64,000 bases of DNA from Macrostomum lignano (lineage: Eukaryota), in assembly GCA_002269645.1 (NCBI GenBank), contig NIVC01003107.1:1-64000 (forward strand), in the 5' to 3' direction. The position numbers were made by a program, and so were the translations under genes. How positions within the stretch are numbered: the first letter of the stretch is position 1; each line of letters starts with the position of its first letter. This document shows positions 27,939 to 40,700 of this stretch, piece by piece. The notes beneath the pieces are model-generated. The model did not search any database. It saw nothing but the letters and a program-made list of their open reading frames with translations, and was not told the DNA's origin.

Positions 27939-28527
27939 TAACTCTATTAAATTATGTAACTTGTCCAGTTTAAATATGCCTTTTGCAGCTATTTGATCCT
28001 AGCTAACAATTTCTGTCCGTTCGGCTGTGATGCTAATTACGAGTACATTGACACTGAAAAATGTTTATTTGTAAACATAATGCCTAATCTAGCAGAGATT
28101 TGATTTTCACACCAGTATTCAGTTTTATAATTATCCATATAAATGGTTAAAACAGTGTTCGCTCGTGTAAACTACTCTCTACTAGCCCAGTAGCCTGTTA
28201 CATTTGTTACTCGCACTAATAAAAATTTATAAATGCATAGACTTGATTTATTTTCAAATTGTTGATAGAATTTGTGTAGGAACTCTTACCGGTATCCCTG
28301 TATATGCTTTATGATTTCATGCATGATATTCGATTCCATTCTTATATATATCTGCAGGTGTATTTATTCAATTTATTCCGTTTTCGTAACTGCATATTAA
28401 ATCAAACTGTTTGCGCACATAATATGCTTTACAATTTATAATGCATGAGAGCGCTCGCGCTTTGCAGACTTGCTCATGCTTCAGATGCTTATTATAGGAT
28501 TATTTAGCAGCTGATATCTCTCGGCAT

Positions 28528-29174
28528 TACACCCCGTTCCAGATCATAAGGATGGGCTTACACCCCGTTTCAGATCATAAGGATGGGCTTACACCCCGTT
28601 TCAGATCATAAGGATGGGCTTACATCCCGTTTCAGATCATAAAGATGGGCTTACACCCCGTTTCAGATCATAAGGATGGGCTTACACCCCGTTTCAGATC
28701 ATAAGGATGGGCTTACACCCCGTTTCAGATCATAAGGATGGGCTTACACCCCGTTTCAGATCATAAGGATGGGCTTACACCCCGTTTCAGATCATAAGGA
28801 TGGGCTTACACCACTGTTTCAGATCATAAGGATGGGCTTACACCACTGTTTCAGATCATAAGGATGGGCTTACACCACTGTTTCAGATCATAAGGATGGG
28901 CTTACACCACTGTTTCAGATCATAAGGATGGGCTTACACCACTGTTTCAGATCATAAGGATGGGCTTACACCACTGTTTCAGATCATAAGGATGGGCTTA
29001 CACCACTGTTTCAGATCATAAGGATGGGCTTACACCACTGTTTCAGATCATAAGGATGGGCTTACACCACTGTTTCAGATCATAAGGATGGGCTTACACC
29101 ACTGTTTCAGATCATAAGGATGGGCTTACACCACTGTTTCAGATCATAAGGATGGGCTTACACCACTGTTTCAA
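28528..29174. repeat. 31/32-bp minisatellite, about 20 copies
   Basis: ACACCCCGTTTCAGATCATAAGGATGGGCTT (31 bp) switches at about 28808 to ACACCACTGTTTCAG... (32 bp). Confidence 0.95.
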
Positions 29175-30044
29175 ACTCTATTAGGCATACGAGTATGTCA
29201 TGCGAGTATGTTAAAATAATCTCATTAAATTTCGCTTCATAAGTTTGCTGCAATAAGTTTTGTTTTATATCTGTTTTTCGCAAACATTAGAACAAAATCT
29301 ACTCTAGCATATGCCTGTTTCCAAATCGAATTTCGAACTGTATTCAGCTTACTGTAAATTGCCCAGCAAGGTGTACAAATTATACGCATACGATTGTATA
29401 TTTGCTAGCTAACTGCCTTCGTTACAGGCGCAACCCCACTGTCGTCATCAGTGGTCTTTCTTTATATCCAGCAAGTTTTGTAATGTGCGTATAGCTTTTT
29501 TACTAATTATTGTATACAATACATATCAACATTATATCTTATCTAGTAAGGTAAGCGTCTTAACCACGATATATTTGTCTGTGTACATTTCAACTGTCAT
29601 TTTGTCAATAAATGCAGCATTATACAGCAATTTTTTATTAATTTCTATTCTTACTAGTTTGTGTTTTCTATTTTTATCTGAATAGTTATAGTGTAGGCAG
29701 TTTGGCACTATATTTTGCCTACTAATAAGTATAAACGGCGCGTTTTACCGGGGCTTTATGAGCAAACCTATGTACATAATACAAAGTGCATTTAAGCCCT
29801 AAATAGCGCGCCTATATTGTATTTGAACAAAATTTTGTCATTTGCTGTGCTGTCAGAAATCACAGTTTTTCTCTGTGTTTTTATCTTGACAGCAAGGACA
29901 TGTTTTGCTCACAGAAATTCAATTATCCGTGAATAGTAATAGATAAGATTTAGTATATTTAGACTAGACAAATAAAAATTGAATTCTCTATTTAAAATAT
30001 GCGTTTTGTCTTTTTTGTGTCTTTACCACAGCTCCTAACGTAGC

Positions 30045-30470
30045 TAGATGGGCCACTCAGGCACATATACTTAGTAAAACAGCTTTCTACTTTCAGTTCA
30101 GTAGAAAAAATGAATACATACGCTATTATATAAAAAAGCCAGCTTAAATGGCTAATAAGTTTAGAAGCCCACAAGCTTGCAGGCGTAAACAACTTGCCAA
30201 TAGGTCCAGCAATAATTTACATTATCCAGTCCACTGAAATGTACATTGCAGATTTAGGCTTGGAATTCCGAGAATGGCAATAAAAATTGGGGCGGGGCGG
30301 GGGGTAGTGTGGAAAGGCGCGGTTCGAGGGTTTAAAGCTAATAAGTCAAGTGAGTAAGAGCCAATACGAGCGTAAATGAGCCTTTGGTTTAAAATACATT
30401 AAAATGCTTCTGTTTAACTTACTACTGAACTGAAAGTAGCTTACACGCATTGTTCTGAGTGGCCCATCTA
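30045..30470. mobile_element. MITE-like element upstream of USP copy 1
   Basis: Perfect 16-bp inverted repeat TAGATGGGCCACTCAG (30045-30060) / CTGAGTGGCCCATCTA (30455-30470), and a perfect 18-bp inner inverted repeat (30087-30104 / 30422-30439). Possible TA TSD. Confidence 0.6.
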
Positions 30471-30622
30471 AGTTACTAATTAAAGGACAGCAATTATTCA
30501 TCTTTTACTACTATAAGTAGCGTAGTTAATAAAAAGATCATTATTATAGCCGAGATACGCTTACTGTTCGTCAAGTTAAACCGTTCATTTTAATTAATTT
30601 GCTTTCCCAATTGCTGCTAGCC

Positions 30623-31132
30623 ATGGGCCGTACAGTTCTAGTCGCACTCGACGGCAGTTCCCACAGTCTCCGCGCCCTGCGCTGGTACATTGAGAATAAC
30701 CAAGTAGCTGGCGATTCCTTGCTGTTGTTGTTCATCTCCGAGCCGCCGTCGATGATGATGTCCGCTGGCGCGGCCACGCCGGAAATCTACATGCGCTGCA
30801 AAGAGGAGGCTGTAGCTAAAGCGAAACAGTTGGCTGCCGAAGCTGATAGTCGCTGCGCCGAATGGGGCATTAGAGCTGATGTTAGCAAACGATTCTTAGA
30901 GCGCTTGCACTCCGGACCCGGGCCAACTATAGTTAGCGTTGCCAACGAAGAATCCGTTGATTTAATCGTCATGGGCAGTCGCGGCCTTGGCACGCTGCGG
31001 CGCACTTTTCTTGGCAGCGTTAGCGACTACGTGCTGCATCACGCGCACAAGCCCTGCGCTATTATACCGCCGCCTGCTGCTGCTGTTGCTGCTTCTAGCG
31101 CTGAGGCTACCGCTGCTACTGTGCCTAAATAA
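30623..31132 (+). CDS. Universal stress protein (USP/UspA domain), intronless, copy 1
   Basis: MGRTVLVALDGSSHSLRALRW...VDLIVMGSRGLGTLRRTFLGSVSDYVLHHAHKPCAII, the ATP-binding USP motif G-x2-G-x9-GS. Confidence 0.92.
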   Translation: MGRTVLVALDGSSHSLRALRWYIENNQVAGDSLLLLFISEPPSMMMSAGAATPEIYMRCKEEAVAKAKQLAAEADSRCAEWGIRADVSKRFLERLHSGPGPTIVSVANEESVDLIVMGSRGLGTLRRTFLGSVSDYVLHHAHKPCAIIPPPAAAVAASSAEATAATVPK

Positions 31133-31778
31133 TATATGTTGCTGGGTATATATTCACAGTTACAATAAAAAATATCTTCACGAAATTCGTGGACGTTTAA
31201 GTAAGTTGCAAATAATATATTCAGTTTTTTTTTCGATTTATAACTAAATTATGTCACTCGCAAAGAATGCGTTCATCTATTATTTTTTCATTAGCAAACT
31301 ACATGTAGGTTTTGACCTTGTACGGTCAGTATTGTTAATTTTTTAAAGAAAAAGAATGTTTAAATAAAAAAATAATCCGCATTGAAAGCCTGCCATCTAG
31401 CCTAGGATATCAGATCCACTATGAGCTTTGGCATCGAAGCCTCTGACCAGCCCCCCCCCCATCTAAGCAATTCGTCTATGAGTCTTGACATCTCAGCACC
31501 CCCCCCCCTCCCAAAGCCACCTAATATATTGCGGCTATTCCCCCCATGAGTCTTTATGATAGTCAAATAAAAAATAATAAATCGTTTTTTCAAAATTTAA
31601 CTATCGCCTCTGGCTTTCTACAAGCAGAGCATCTTCACCATGCTTAAAGCTGCTCCAAAATACAGTCCAGCTCGTGTTCAAAATAGTTAGCCTTTCCTCT
31701 TGCCCGCTTGTGTCTGGCTTTGACCTCTCTCCTTACTGTTCCCTCATTGGCTGAACTAGATTGGGTCTGTGTCCTAGA

Positions 31779-32390
31779 CTCAGTTTCGTCCGTCTGACTT
31801 GGCCGTCACTCCTGTCCTTACTGCTCTCTCATTGGCTGAGCCAGATTGGGCCTGTCCCTTGACTGAGTTTCGTCCGTCTGACTTTGCCCTCACTCCTGTC
31901 CTTACTGCTCTCTCATTGGCTGAGCCAGATTGGGCCTGTCCCTTGACTGAGTTTCGTCCGTCTGACTTTGCCCTCACTCCTGTCCTTACTGCTCTCTCAT
32001 TGGCTGAGCCAGATTGGGCCTGTCCCTTGACTGAGTTTCGTCCGTCTGACTTTGCCCTCACTCCTGTCCTTACTGCTCTCTCATTGGCTGAGCCAGATTG
32101 GGCCTGTCCCTTGACTGAGTTTCGTCCGTCTGACTTTGCCCTCACTCCTGTCCTTACTGCTCTCTCATTGGCTGAGCCAGATTGGGCCTGTCCCTTGACT
32201 GAGTTTCGTCCGTCTGACTTTGCCCTCACTCCTGTCCTTACTGCTCTCTCATTGGCTGAGCCAGATTGGGCCTGTCCCTTGACTGAGTTTCGTCCGTCTG
32301 ACTTTGCCCTCACTCCTGTCCTTACTGCTCTCTCATTGGCTGAGCCAGATTGGGCCTGTCCCTCTATTCTGAGTTTTGTCCGTCTTCCGT
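31779..32390. repeat. 84-bp near-perfect tandem repeat, about 7 copies
   Basis: Translates as an identical 28-aa repeat on both strands; no coding support. Confidence 0.95.
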
Positions 32391-33625
32391 TCACTTTTGT
32401 ACTTTAAGTACACAAGAAATGCTTGTTGTTCATTCTTAACCACATGGACTCCTGACTCCTGGGGCCGTAATACCCGAGGAAGGAAAACGAAATTTAGCTG
32501 CCACATTCAATTTGTGACATTGCACAGACAAACTCCTGAAAAAGAGTAGATGCTTTGCTTTTTACAACTACTATTTTGAGTGGTATATCTAGCAATTCAG
32601 TAATTACATCTAATTAATAATTAAACAATCGTTAATTTTACAGACTCATATTTCAGACAATTATTACAATCATAAATTGGAAAGAATATTTTAAATTTTT
32701 TGCCAAATAGTATTGTTATTATGCATGGCATTCATTTTTTTCTAAACCATCGGTTTTTGCCTTTTATGCTGAACACTTCACCGCTTGCACCTGCTGCAGC
32801 ACTAAATATGAAATTGAATCAATGTGCCTCATTGTTGCTTTGGTATCTGTTCAATGTTTACCAGGAACAATTGTCAATATGTTTAAAACAAGTTTTTTTC
32901 TGAGAAATGAAGCAAAGCAAAAATAGCAATTAATTCGCGCCTGAACTACTTATTACCCGCTCTATATAGTAAACAAGTAGTATGCATAGATTGTAGCAAT
33001 CGTAATTACAAGCGTAATGCTTTTAAAATTGATTATTGAAAACCGCCTTTCTGCGCTTTTTGGAATCGTCATGTTTCTATGATTCTCTTTTTCCTTTGTT
33101 TTTTTCCTTGCCTTCCTTAATTGCTAATTATTTTAAATAATTAGGTATAGTTTTCGTTTCAGTAAAATTATGTAAATTCTAACCTGTCCTCGCTTATCAA
33201 TGTTATTTTATTTAGTAATTATTAATGATTAAATAAGTATAATTTTGGTAATTTGTTTATACAGTACTAATGCGGCCATGGTCACAGGCAATCTGTTTTG
33301 TGGACTGTAATCAAATTTAACTTGGCTTTTGGTTTCTTTTAAATTGAATCCTTTTACAGCTGTTGTTAAATAATGGTTTTACATTAGGCAATGGTTTTAC
33401 CTGTAATAATTTTTCTGTAATTTCGAGAGTCGCGAATTTGAAAATATCATTGCTTTAGCTTGGTTTCAACAAATTCATTAATAAAACTGTTTTTCCCGAG
33501 CATTGCGCGCTTGCTTCTGAGCTGAAAAAGTATCACTTATTTGTGTTGATTATATTTTCTTCTACTTTCAGTAGTGTTTCCATAGCAACCTTCATCCTCT
33601 TGTGTTTGTGACTAATCTAGAACCA

Positions 33626-35045
33626 TCAGTGATCCATGGACACCTGATGCCAAAATCCTCAGAATCCTCAGTGATCCCATGGACACCCAATGCCAAAATC
33701 CTCAGAATCCTCAGTGATCCCATGGACACCCAATGCCAGAATCCTCAGTGATCCCATGGACACCCAATGCCAGATCATCAGAATCCTCAGTGATCCGATG
33801 GACACCCAATGCCAGATCATCAGAATCCTCAGTGATCCCATGGACACCCAATGCCAGATCATCAGAATCCTCAGTGATCCGATGGACACCCAATGCCAGA
33901 TCATCAGAATCCTCAGTGATCCCATGGACACCCAATGCCAGATCATCAGAATCCTCAGTGATCCGATGGACACCCAATGCCAGATCATCAGAATCCTCAG
34001 GGATCCCATGGACACCCAATGCCAGAATCCTCAGGGATCCCATGGACACCCAATGCCAGAATCCTCAGTGATCCCATGGACACCCAATGCCAGAATCCGC
34101 AGTGATCCCATGGACACCCAATGCCAGAATCCTCAGTGATCCCATGGACACCCAATGCCAGATCATCAGAATCCTCAGTGATCCCATGGACACCCAATGC
34201 CAGATCATCAGAATCCTCAGTGATCCCATGGACACCCAATGCCAGATCATCAGAATCCTCAGTGATCCCATGGACACCCAATGCCAGATCATCAGAATCC
34301 TCAGTGATCCCATGGACACCCAATGCCAGATCATCAGAATCCTCAGTGATCCCATGGACACCCAATGCCAGATCATCAGAATCCTCAGTGATCCGATGGA
34401 CACCCAATGCCAGATCATCAGAATCCTCAGGGATCCCATGGACACCCAATGCCAGAATCCTCAGTGATCCCATGGACACCCAATGCCAGTTTCCTCAGTG
34501 ATCCCATGGACACCCAAATGCCAGAATCCTCAGTGATCCCATGGACACCCAATGCCAGTTTCCTCAGTGATCCCATGGACACCCAAATGCCAGAATCCTC
34601 AGTGATCCCATGGACACCCAATGCCAGAATCCTCAGTGATCCCATGGACACCCAATGCCAGAATTCTCAGTGATCCCATGGACACCCAATGCCAGAATCC
34701 GCAGTGATCCCATGGACACCCAAATGCCAGAATCCTCAGTGATCCCATGGACACCCAATGCCAGAATCCTCAGTGATCCCATGGACACCCAATGCCAGAA
34801 TTCTCAGTGATCCCATGGACACCCAATGCCAGAATCCGCAGTGATCCCATGGACACCCAATGCCAGAATCCTCAGTGATCCCATGGACAGCCAATGCTAG
34901 ATCATCAGAATCCTCAGTGATCCCATGGACAGCCAATGCTAGATCATCAGAATCCTCAGTGATCCCATGGACACCCAATGCCAGAATTCTCAGTGATCCC
35001 ATGGACACCCAATGCCAGAATCCTCAGTGATCCCATGGACAGCCA
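33626..35045. repeat. 34/42-bp minisatellite upstream of USP copy 2
   Basis: Unit CAGAATCCTCAGTGATCCCATGGACACCCAATGC with or without CAGATCAT. Confidence 0.95.
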
Positions 35046-35149
35046 AATCCTAATTAAAACACCTTTACGAATCTCTGCACTACCAAGCTAAGTTACTATT
35101 ACAAATGCACTTATATTCCAGTTCTTACAGCAGCAATAAAAGCAACAAT

Positions 35150-35623
35150 ATGGTCCGCAAAATCCTCATCCCAATGGACGCCAGCGAGCACAGCTATCGA
35201 GCGCTGCGCTGGTACGCCGACAAAATGAACAACCCAGCCGATTCGCTCATTTTCGCTTACATAGCCGAGCCGCCAGCCATTACATACGGCGGCGCAGGAG
35301 TCGGCTCCTCCGAACTATTCGCCGAAGGTGTCAATCAAGCCGTTGCTAGGGGAAAACTAATGGCAGCTGAAGTGCGCCAGCATTGCACAGAGATGGGAGT
35401 GAAGCCACAGCCGCGTTTCCTGGAACGCCTGACCCACGGCGCCGGCCCGGCCCTCGTGGAGATCGCCGAGGAGCAGGCAGTTGACGTCATCGTCATTGGC
35501 AGTCGAGGCTTAAGCGCGCTTAGACGCGCCTTCTTAGGCAGCGTAGTTGATTACGTGCTGCAGCACGCCAATACCACTACTATTGTTGTGCCTCCGCCGC
35601 TGCCTGCTTCGTCTAAGGAGTGA
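35150..35623 (+). CDS. Universal stress protein (USP/UspA domain), intronless, copy 2
   Basis: MVRKILIPMDASEHSYRALRW...VDVIVIGSRGLSALRRAFLGSVVDYVLQHA. Acceptor-like TTCTTACAG(CAG) at 35122-35133. Confidence 0.92.
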   Translation: MVRKILIPMDASEHSYRALRWYADKMNNPADSLIFAYIAEPPAITYGGAGVGSSELFAEGVNQAVARGKLMAAEVRQHCTEMGVKPQPRFLERLTHGAGPALVEIAEEQAVDVIVIGSRGLSALRRAFLGSVVDYVLQHANTTTIVVPPPLPASSKE

Positions 35624-36856
35624 ATCGCGTTCCGTGCGCGCTTCCATTTAATATTGCTGAGCGCGCAACGATAAACAATACCATTTTTAGCTTCATAGCT
35701 AGTTGCGCTGGCTTTTGATTTAGCACGTTTTTAATCCTAGTATTATAGCTGATTGCTTTTATTGCGATATAACATGTACTTCTTCAATGAGGTGGTTGAT
35801 TTTTATTTTTGTTCTGATTTCAGATGTGTGTTTAAAAAGACAGAACATCCAGCTATAGATATATTTATATAGCTTAATAGATATTAGAATTCTACCCTGT
35901 TAGATTTATAACTTGATAGATTGATATCTTGATGAATTGATAGCTTAATAGACTGTTGGATTAATAGCCTGGTAGCTTGATAGACTGATAGATTAATAGC
36001 CTGATAGCTTGATGATGAATTGATAGCTTGATACGTTGATAGCTTGATACTTTGATTTATTAATGTATTGATAGAGATCAGATATAATGGCTAGATAAGT
36101 ACGAGTAGATATCAACGCGGGTACATTGATGGATTGATTAATCAAATATTTGATTGGAGTTTGCAATATCATAAAAGTTTCCACACTGACATACTAATTA
36201 GAGATCAAGCTGATTTGATTTTTAAAGTTTAATTTACGTTCAATTTCCTTTTCGTTCAAGAAATTGTGATTAAATTTGTTTTATGAGTATATTAAAAATG
36301 GTGTGCCATATTTTTTCCTCCTACTTCACAGCAGTAGTATTTACACTTAATCCATAAGAGAAATTTGTTGAACGGTGCTTTGAATTTATTATTCATCTTG
36401 TTTTCCATATTTACAATCGTATTTTTTCTGCTATTTTATAATGAGCTGATTTTTAATCTCACAAAACAATCCTTGCATGTTCTCTCAGATTTTCAGCGCA
36501 GCTGTTAGTAGTATGTAAGGCGAATTTTCAACTTTAGTATTGCGAAGTCTAGCGAATGCAAATATATTAGTCTTCATTTGATTTTTTGTAGCGACCTTTT
36601 TTATTGTTCTGTAGTTCCATTTTAATCTCATTTGATGTTTGAATTCCGCACTCTTCGATCAGTATTAGTTGATGCTTTTTTGCTTTTTTTTTTACAAAAA
36701 TACACAATTTTCCCGTAGAATGCCATCTTTGTGCTACTCAGTTCTTGTTTAGATTCTTGCTTCTTTTTGTGGCTTTTCGTGGCTCTTAGTTTGTTGTAGG
36801 TGCGTTAATTTGTCTCTAGCAGTCCGGCTTACGTTTTATTTGTTTCATACCGTTTC

Positions 36857-36868
36857 TCTGTCTGTCTG

Positions 36869-36903
<35 letters not shown>

Positions 36904-36935
36904 GTCTTGTCTGTCTGTCTGTCTGTCTGTCTGTG

Positions 36936-36985
<50 letters not shown>

Positions 36986-37450
36986 GTCTTGTCTGTCTGT
37001 GTCTTGTCTGTCTGTCTGTCGGTCTGTCTGTCTGCCTGTGTCTTCTTTGTCTGTCTGTCTGTCTGTCAGTCTGTCTGTTTCTTGTCTATCTGTCTGTCTG
37101 TCTGTGTCTTGTTTGTCTGTCTGTCTGTCAGTCTGTGTCTTGTCTGTCTGACTGTCTGTGTCTTGTCTGTTTGTCTGACTGTGTCTTGTCTGTCTATCTG
37201 TGTCTTGTCTATCTGTCTGTGTCTTGTCTGTTTGTCTGACTGTGTCTTGTCTGTCTATCTGTGTCTTGTCTATCTGTCTGTGTCTTGTCTGTTTGTCTGA
37301 CTGTGTCTTGTCTGTCTATCTGTGTCTTGTCTATCTGTCTGTGTCTTGTCTGTTTGTCTGACTGTGTCTTGTCTGTCTATCTGTGTCTTGTCTATCTGTC
37401 TGTGTCTTGTCTGTTTGTCTATCTGTGTCTTGTCTGTTTGTCTCTCTGTG

Positions 37451-37486
<36 letters not shown>

Positions 37487-37487
37487 T
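36857..37487. repeat. (TCTG)n/TGTCT compound microsatellite
   Basis: Read directly from the sequence. Confidence 0.95.
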
Positions 37488-37765
37488 TCTTTGTGTACAG
37501 TACAGAAATGCGTTCCTCTGTACAGAGTCCGTCAGCTGACAGTTATGTATGAAAAATTAATAAGTCAATTAAATATTCAACTGCTATTCTAATGCTTGAT
37601 GATTCTCTCATACTACAATTTCGTGTTTAAAACTCATGCATGCTGTAGTCGACATCCGCAGGCTGCAGTCTGAGTTCTAACTTGACTCTCACTCAATTGT
37701 TGCTATAATTATATATTGTGATTGAACTTGATTTAATTGAATAATTAATTAATCAAGCGTTTTCC

Positions 37766-40700
37766 ATGCCACACGGTGAAGCAACGGTGCTGACTGAGCT
37801 GCCCACTGCGGGCGACGGTGCCGACCTGCAGAGCGAAACCGTCCAGCCGCCGGATGACGGCTACACAGACGTGCTGGGCAATCAGCGCCTGTGGAAGAAA
37901 ACCCTTGTCGAAGGGCGGGGGCGCGACTCGAGACCGCAGTCTGGAGATCAGGTGACTGACTGGCGTATATCATGGCTGTCTGACCGGTTTATTCATGACT
38001 GTCTGACGGATTCATTCATGACTGTCTGACGGATTCATTCATGACTGTCTGACGGATTCATTCATGACTGTCTGACGGATTCATTCATGACTGTCTGACG
38101 GATTCATTCATGACTGTCTGACGGATTCATTCATGACTGTCTGACGGATTCATTCATGACTGTCTGACCGGTTTATTCATGACTGTCTGACGGATTTATT
38201 CATGACTGTCTGACGGATTCATTCATTACTGTCTGACGGATTCATTCATGACTGTCTGACGGATTCATTCATGACTGTCTGACGGATTTATTCATGACTG
38301 TCTGACGGATTCATTCATGACTGTCTGACCGGTTTATTCATGACTGTCTGACGGATTCATTCATGACTGTCTGACGGATTCATTCATTACTGTCTGACGG
38401 ATTTATTCATGACTGTCTGACGGATTCATTTATGACTGTCTGACCGGTTTATTCATGACTGTCTGACGGATTCATTCATTACTGTCTGACGGATTCATTC
38501 ATGACTGTCTGACGGATTCATTCATGACTGTCTGACGGATTCATTCATGACTGTCTGACGGATTCATTCATGCCTGTCTGACGGATTCATTCATGACTGT
38601 CTGACGGATTCATTCATGACTGTCTGACGGATTCATTCATGCCTGTCTGACGGATTCATTCATGACTGTCTGACGGATTCATTCATTACTGTCTGACGGA
38701 TTCATTCATGACTGTCTGACGGATTTATTCATGACTGTCTGACGGATTCATTTATGTCTGTCTGACCGGTTTATTCATGACTGTCTGACGGATTCATTCA
38801 TGACTGTCTGACGGATTCATTCATTACTGTCTGACGGATTCATTCATGACTGTCTGACGGATTCATTCATTACTGTCTGACGGATTCATTCATGACTGTC
38901 TGACGGATTCATTCATGACTGTCTGACGGATTCATTCATGACTGTCTGACGGATTCATTCATGACTGTCTGACTTGCGCATCCATTGTTGCCTGACTAAT
39001 TGATTCATAAGAGTGTCTGACTGACTCAAAGTATTTAAATTGGCGTTACTTACCAAGGCTATAAGACTATACAATTGTGACAGTGTCTGCAGCCTTCATT
39101 AATACGCCTATATTGTGCTCACTTTAAAGCACAGAACCCATTATTACAGGTAGTAAATGCTTAATATTTTAGTCTGTCTGCCTGTGTTCTATGCTTTTTG
39201 GTGGACATTTTCACTAATATTGGGACATTCAGGTGACCTGCAAGACCTTTCTATATCGGCCGTCGGGTCCTTTGAAACTTCACAATAGCAATTCAATCGC
39301 AATTCTGAAGGCTTAAGGTTTGTGTCTCTTCTCTCTTCTTTCCCGTCCTCTCCCATCTTCTCTTTTTTCTCTCTTCTCTTTCTTCTCTCTCCTCCTTTTT
39401 CCTCTTCTCTCCACTCTTCTCCCTTCTCTTTTTCTCTCTTTTTTCCTTCCTCTCTTCTCTCTCATCTGGCCCGAAACCATGAGCTAGTTTACGAACGTAT
39501 TTATCTGAATTTTTGTATTAAAAACATTTGCCAACCTCTTCTACAATCGTATCTGCTCATGCTTCTCAAATGAGTCTGTAGCTACTATTGTATCTCCAAC
39601 TGGAAACCCGGCAGGTGACGCTGAAACTGGAAGCCAGCTTGCCAGACGGCACACCTGTCGAGTCCGAATCGGGCCTGATAATATCCATTGGCGAATACGA
39701 TCACATCCAAGCACTGGACATTGCTGTGCTACTAATGGAACTAGACGAACAATGCAGCTTAGTCACTTCGGCTCGATACGCCTACGGCTACTCTGCCGAG
39801 GTGAAGACAAGCACTGGTGTAGTTATACCGCCTGGCTCTGTGCTGCACTGCACAGTAACTCTGGTGTCAGTTGACGACCCAATTGACTACGCCTCTCTAG
39901 GCCCAGTCGAGTCGCTTCGCATTGCCGATAAAAAACGCGAACGGGGCAACGAACTGTTTAATAGGGAAGACTTTGCCGGAGCTGTGAATTGTTACGGCAG
40001 AGCGGCTAAGATTCTAGAGGAGCATTGTCAGGTGAGAGAGGATCTGGGTACCTTAGCAGACAATTCCTTCATTCACAGTCTTCTTAATATCGATTTTTAT
40101 GGACTTCATTTAGAGAATTATTCAAATTTTCCCCTACTGTAGTTTAAAAAATTCCCTCTGTAGTTTCAGGAATTTCCCTACTATAGTTTTAGGAATTCCC
40201 CTATTGTAGTTTTTAAGAGTTTCCCTTGTTTTAAAAATTCCCCTACTGTAGTTTTAAGAATTCCCATATTGTAGTTTTAAGAATTCCCATATTGTAGTTT
40301 TAAGAATTCCAATATTGTAGTTTTAAGAATTCCCCTATTGTAGTTTCAGGAATTCCCCTACTGTAGTTTTAAAAATCTCCCTGTTGTAGTTTCAGGAATT
40401 CCCCTACTGTAGTTTTAAGAATTCCCCTACTGTAGTTTTAATAATTCCCCTATTGTAGTTTCAGTAATTCCCTACTGTAGTTTTAGGAATTCCCCCGGCT
40501 TTCATCTCGGCGGACTTTCGAGAATTACCTCTAGATCTATGAAGAAATACTATTGCTGAGAGCACTAGCTGCATGTAGATTGTACATTATGGCGTGACTT
40601 ACCGAGGCTTCAAGACGACTTGCCCGTGTCTGCAGTCTTAAATAGCATGCCAATATTATTTCCTATGTACTAAAAATAGCAATTTTTAAAAGTGGACCTA

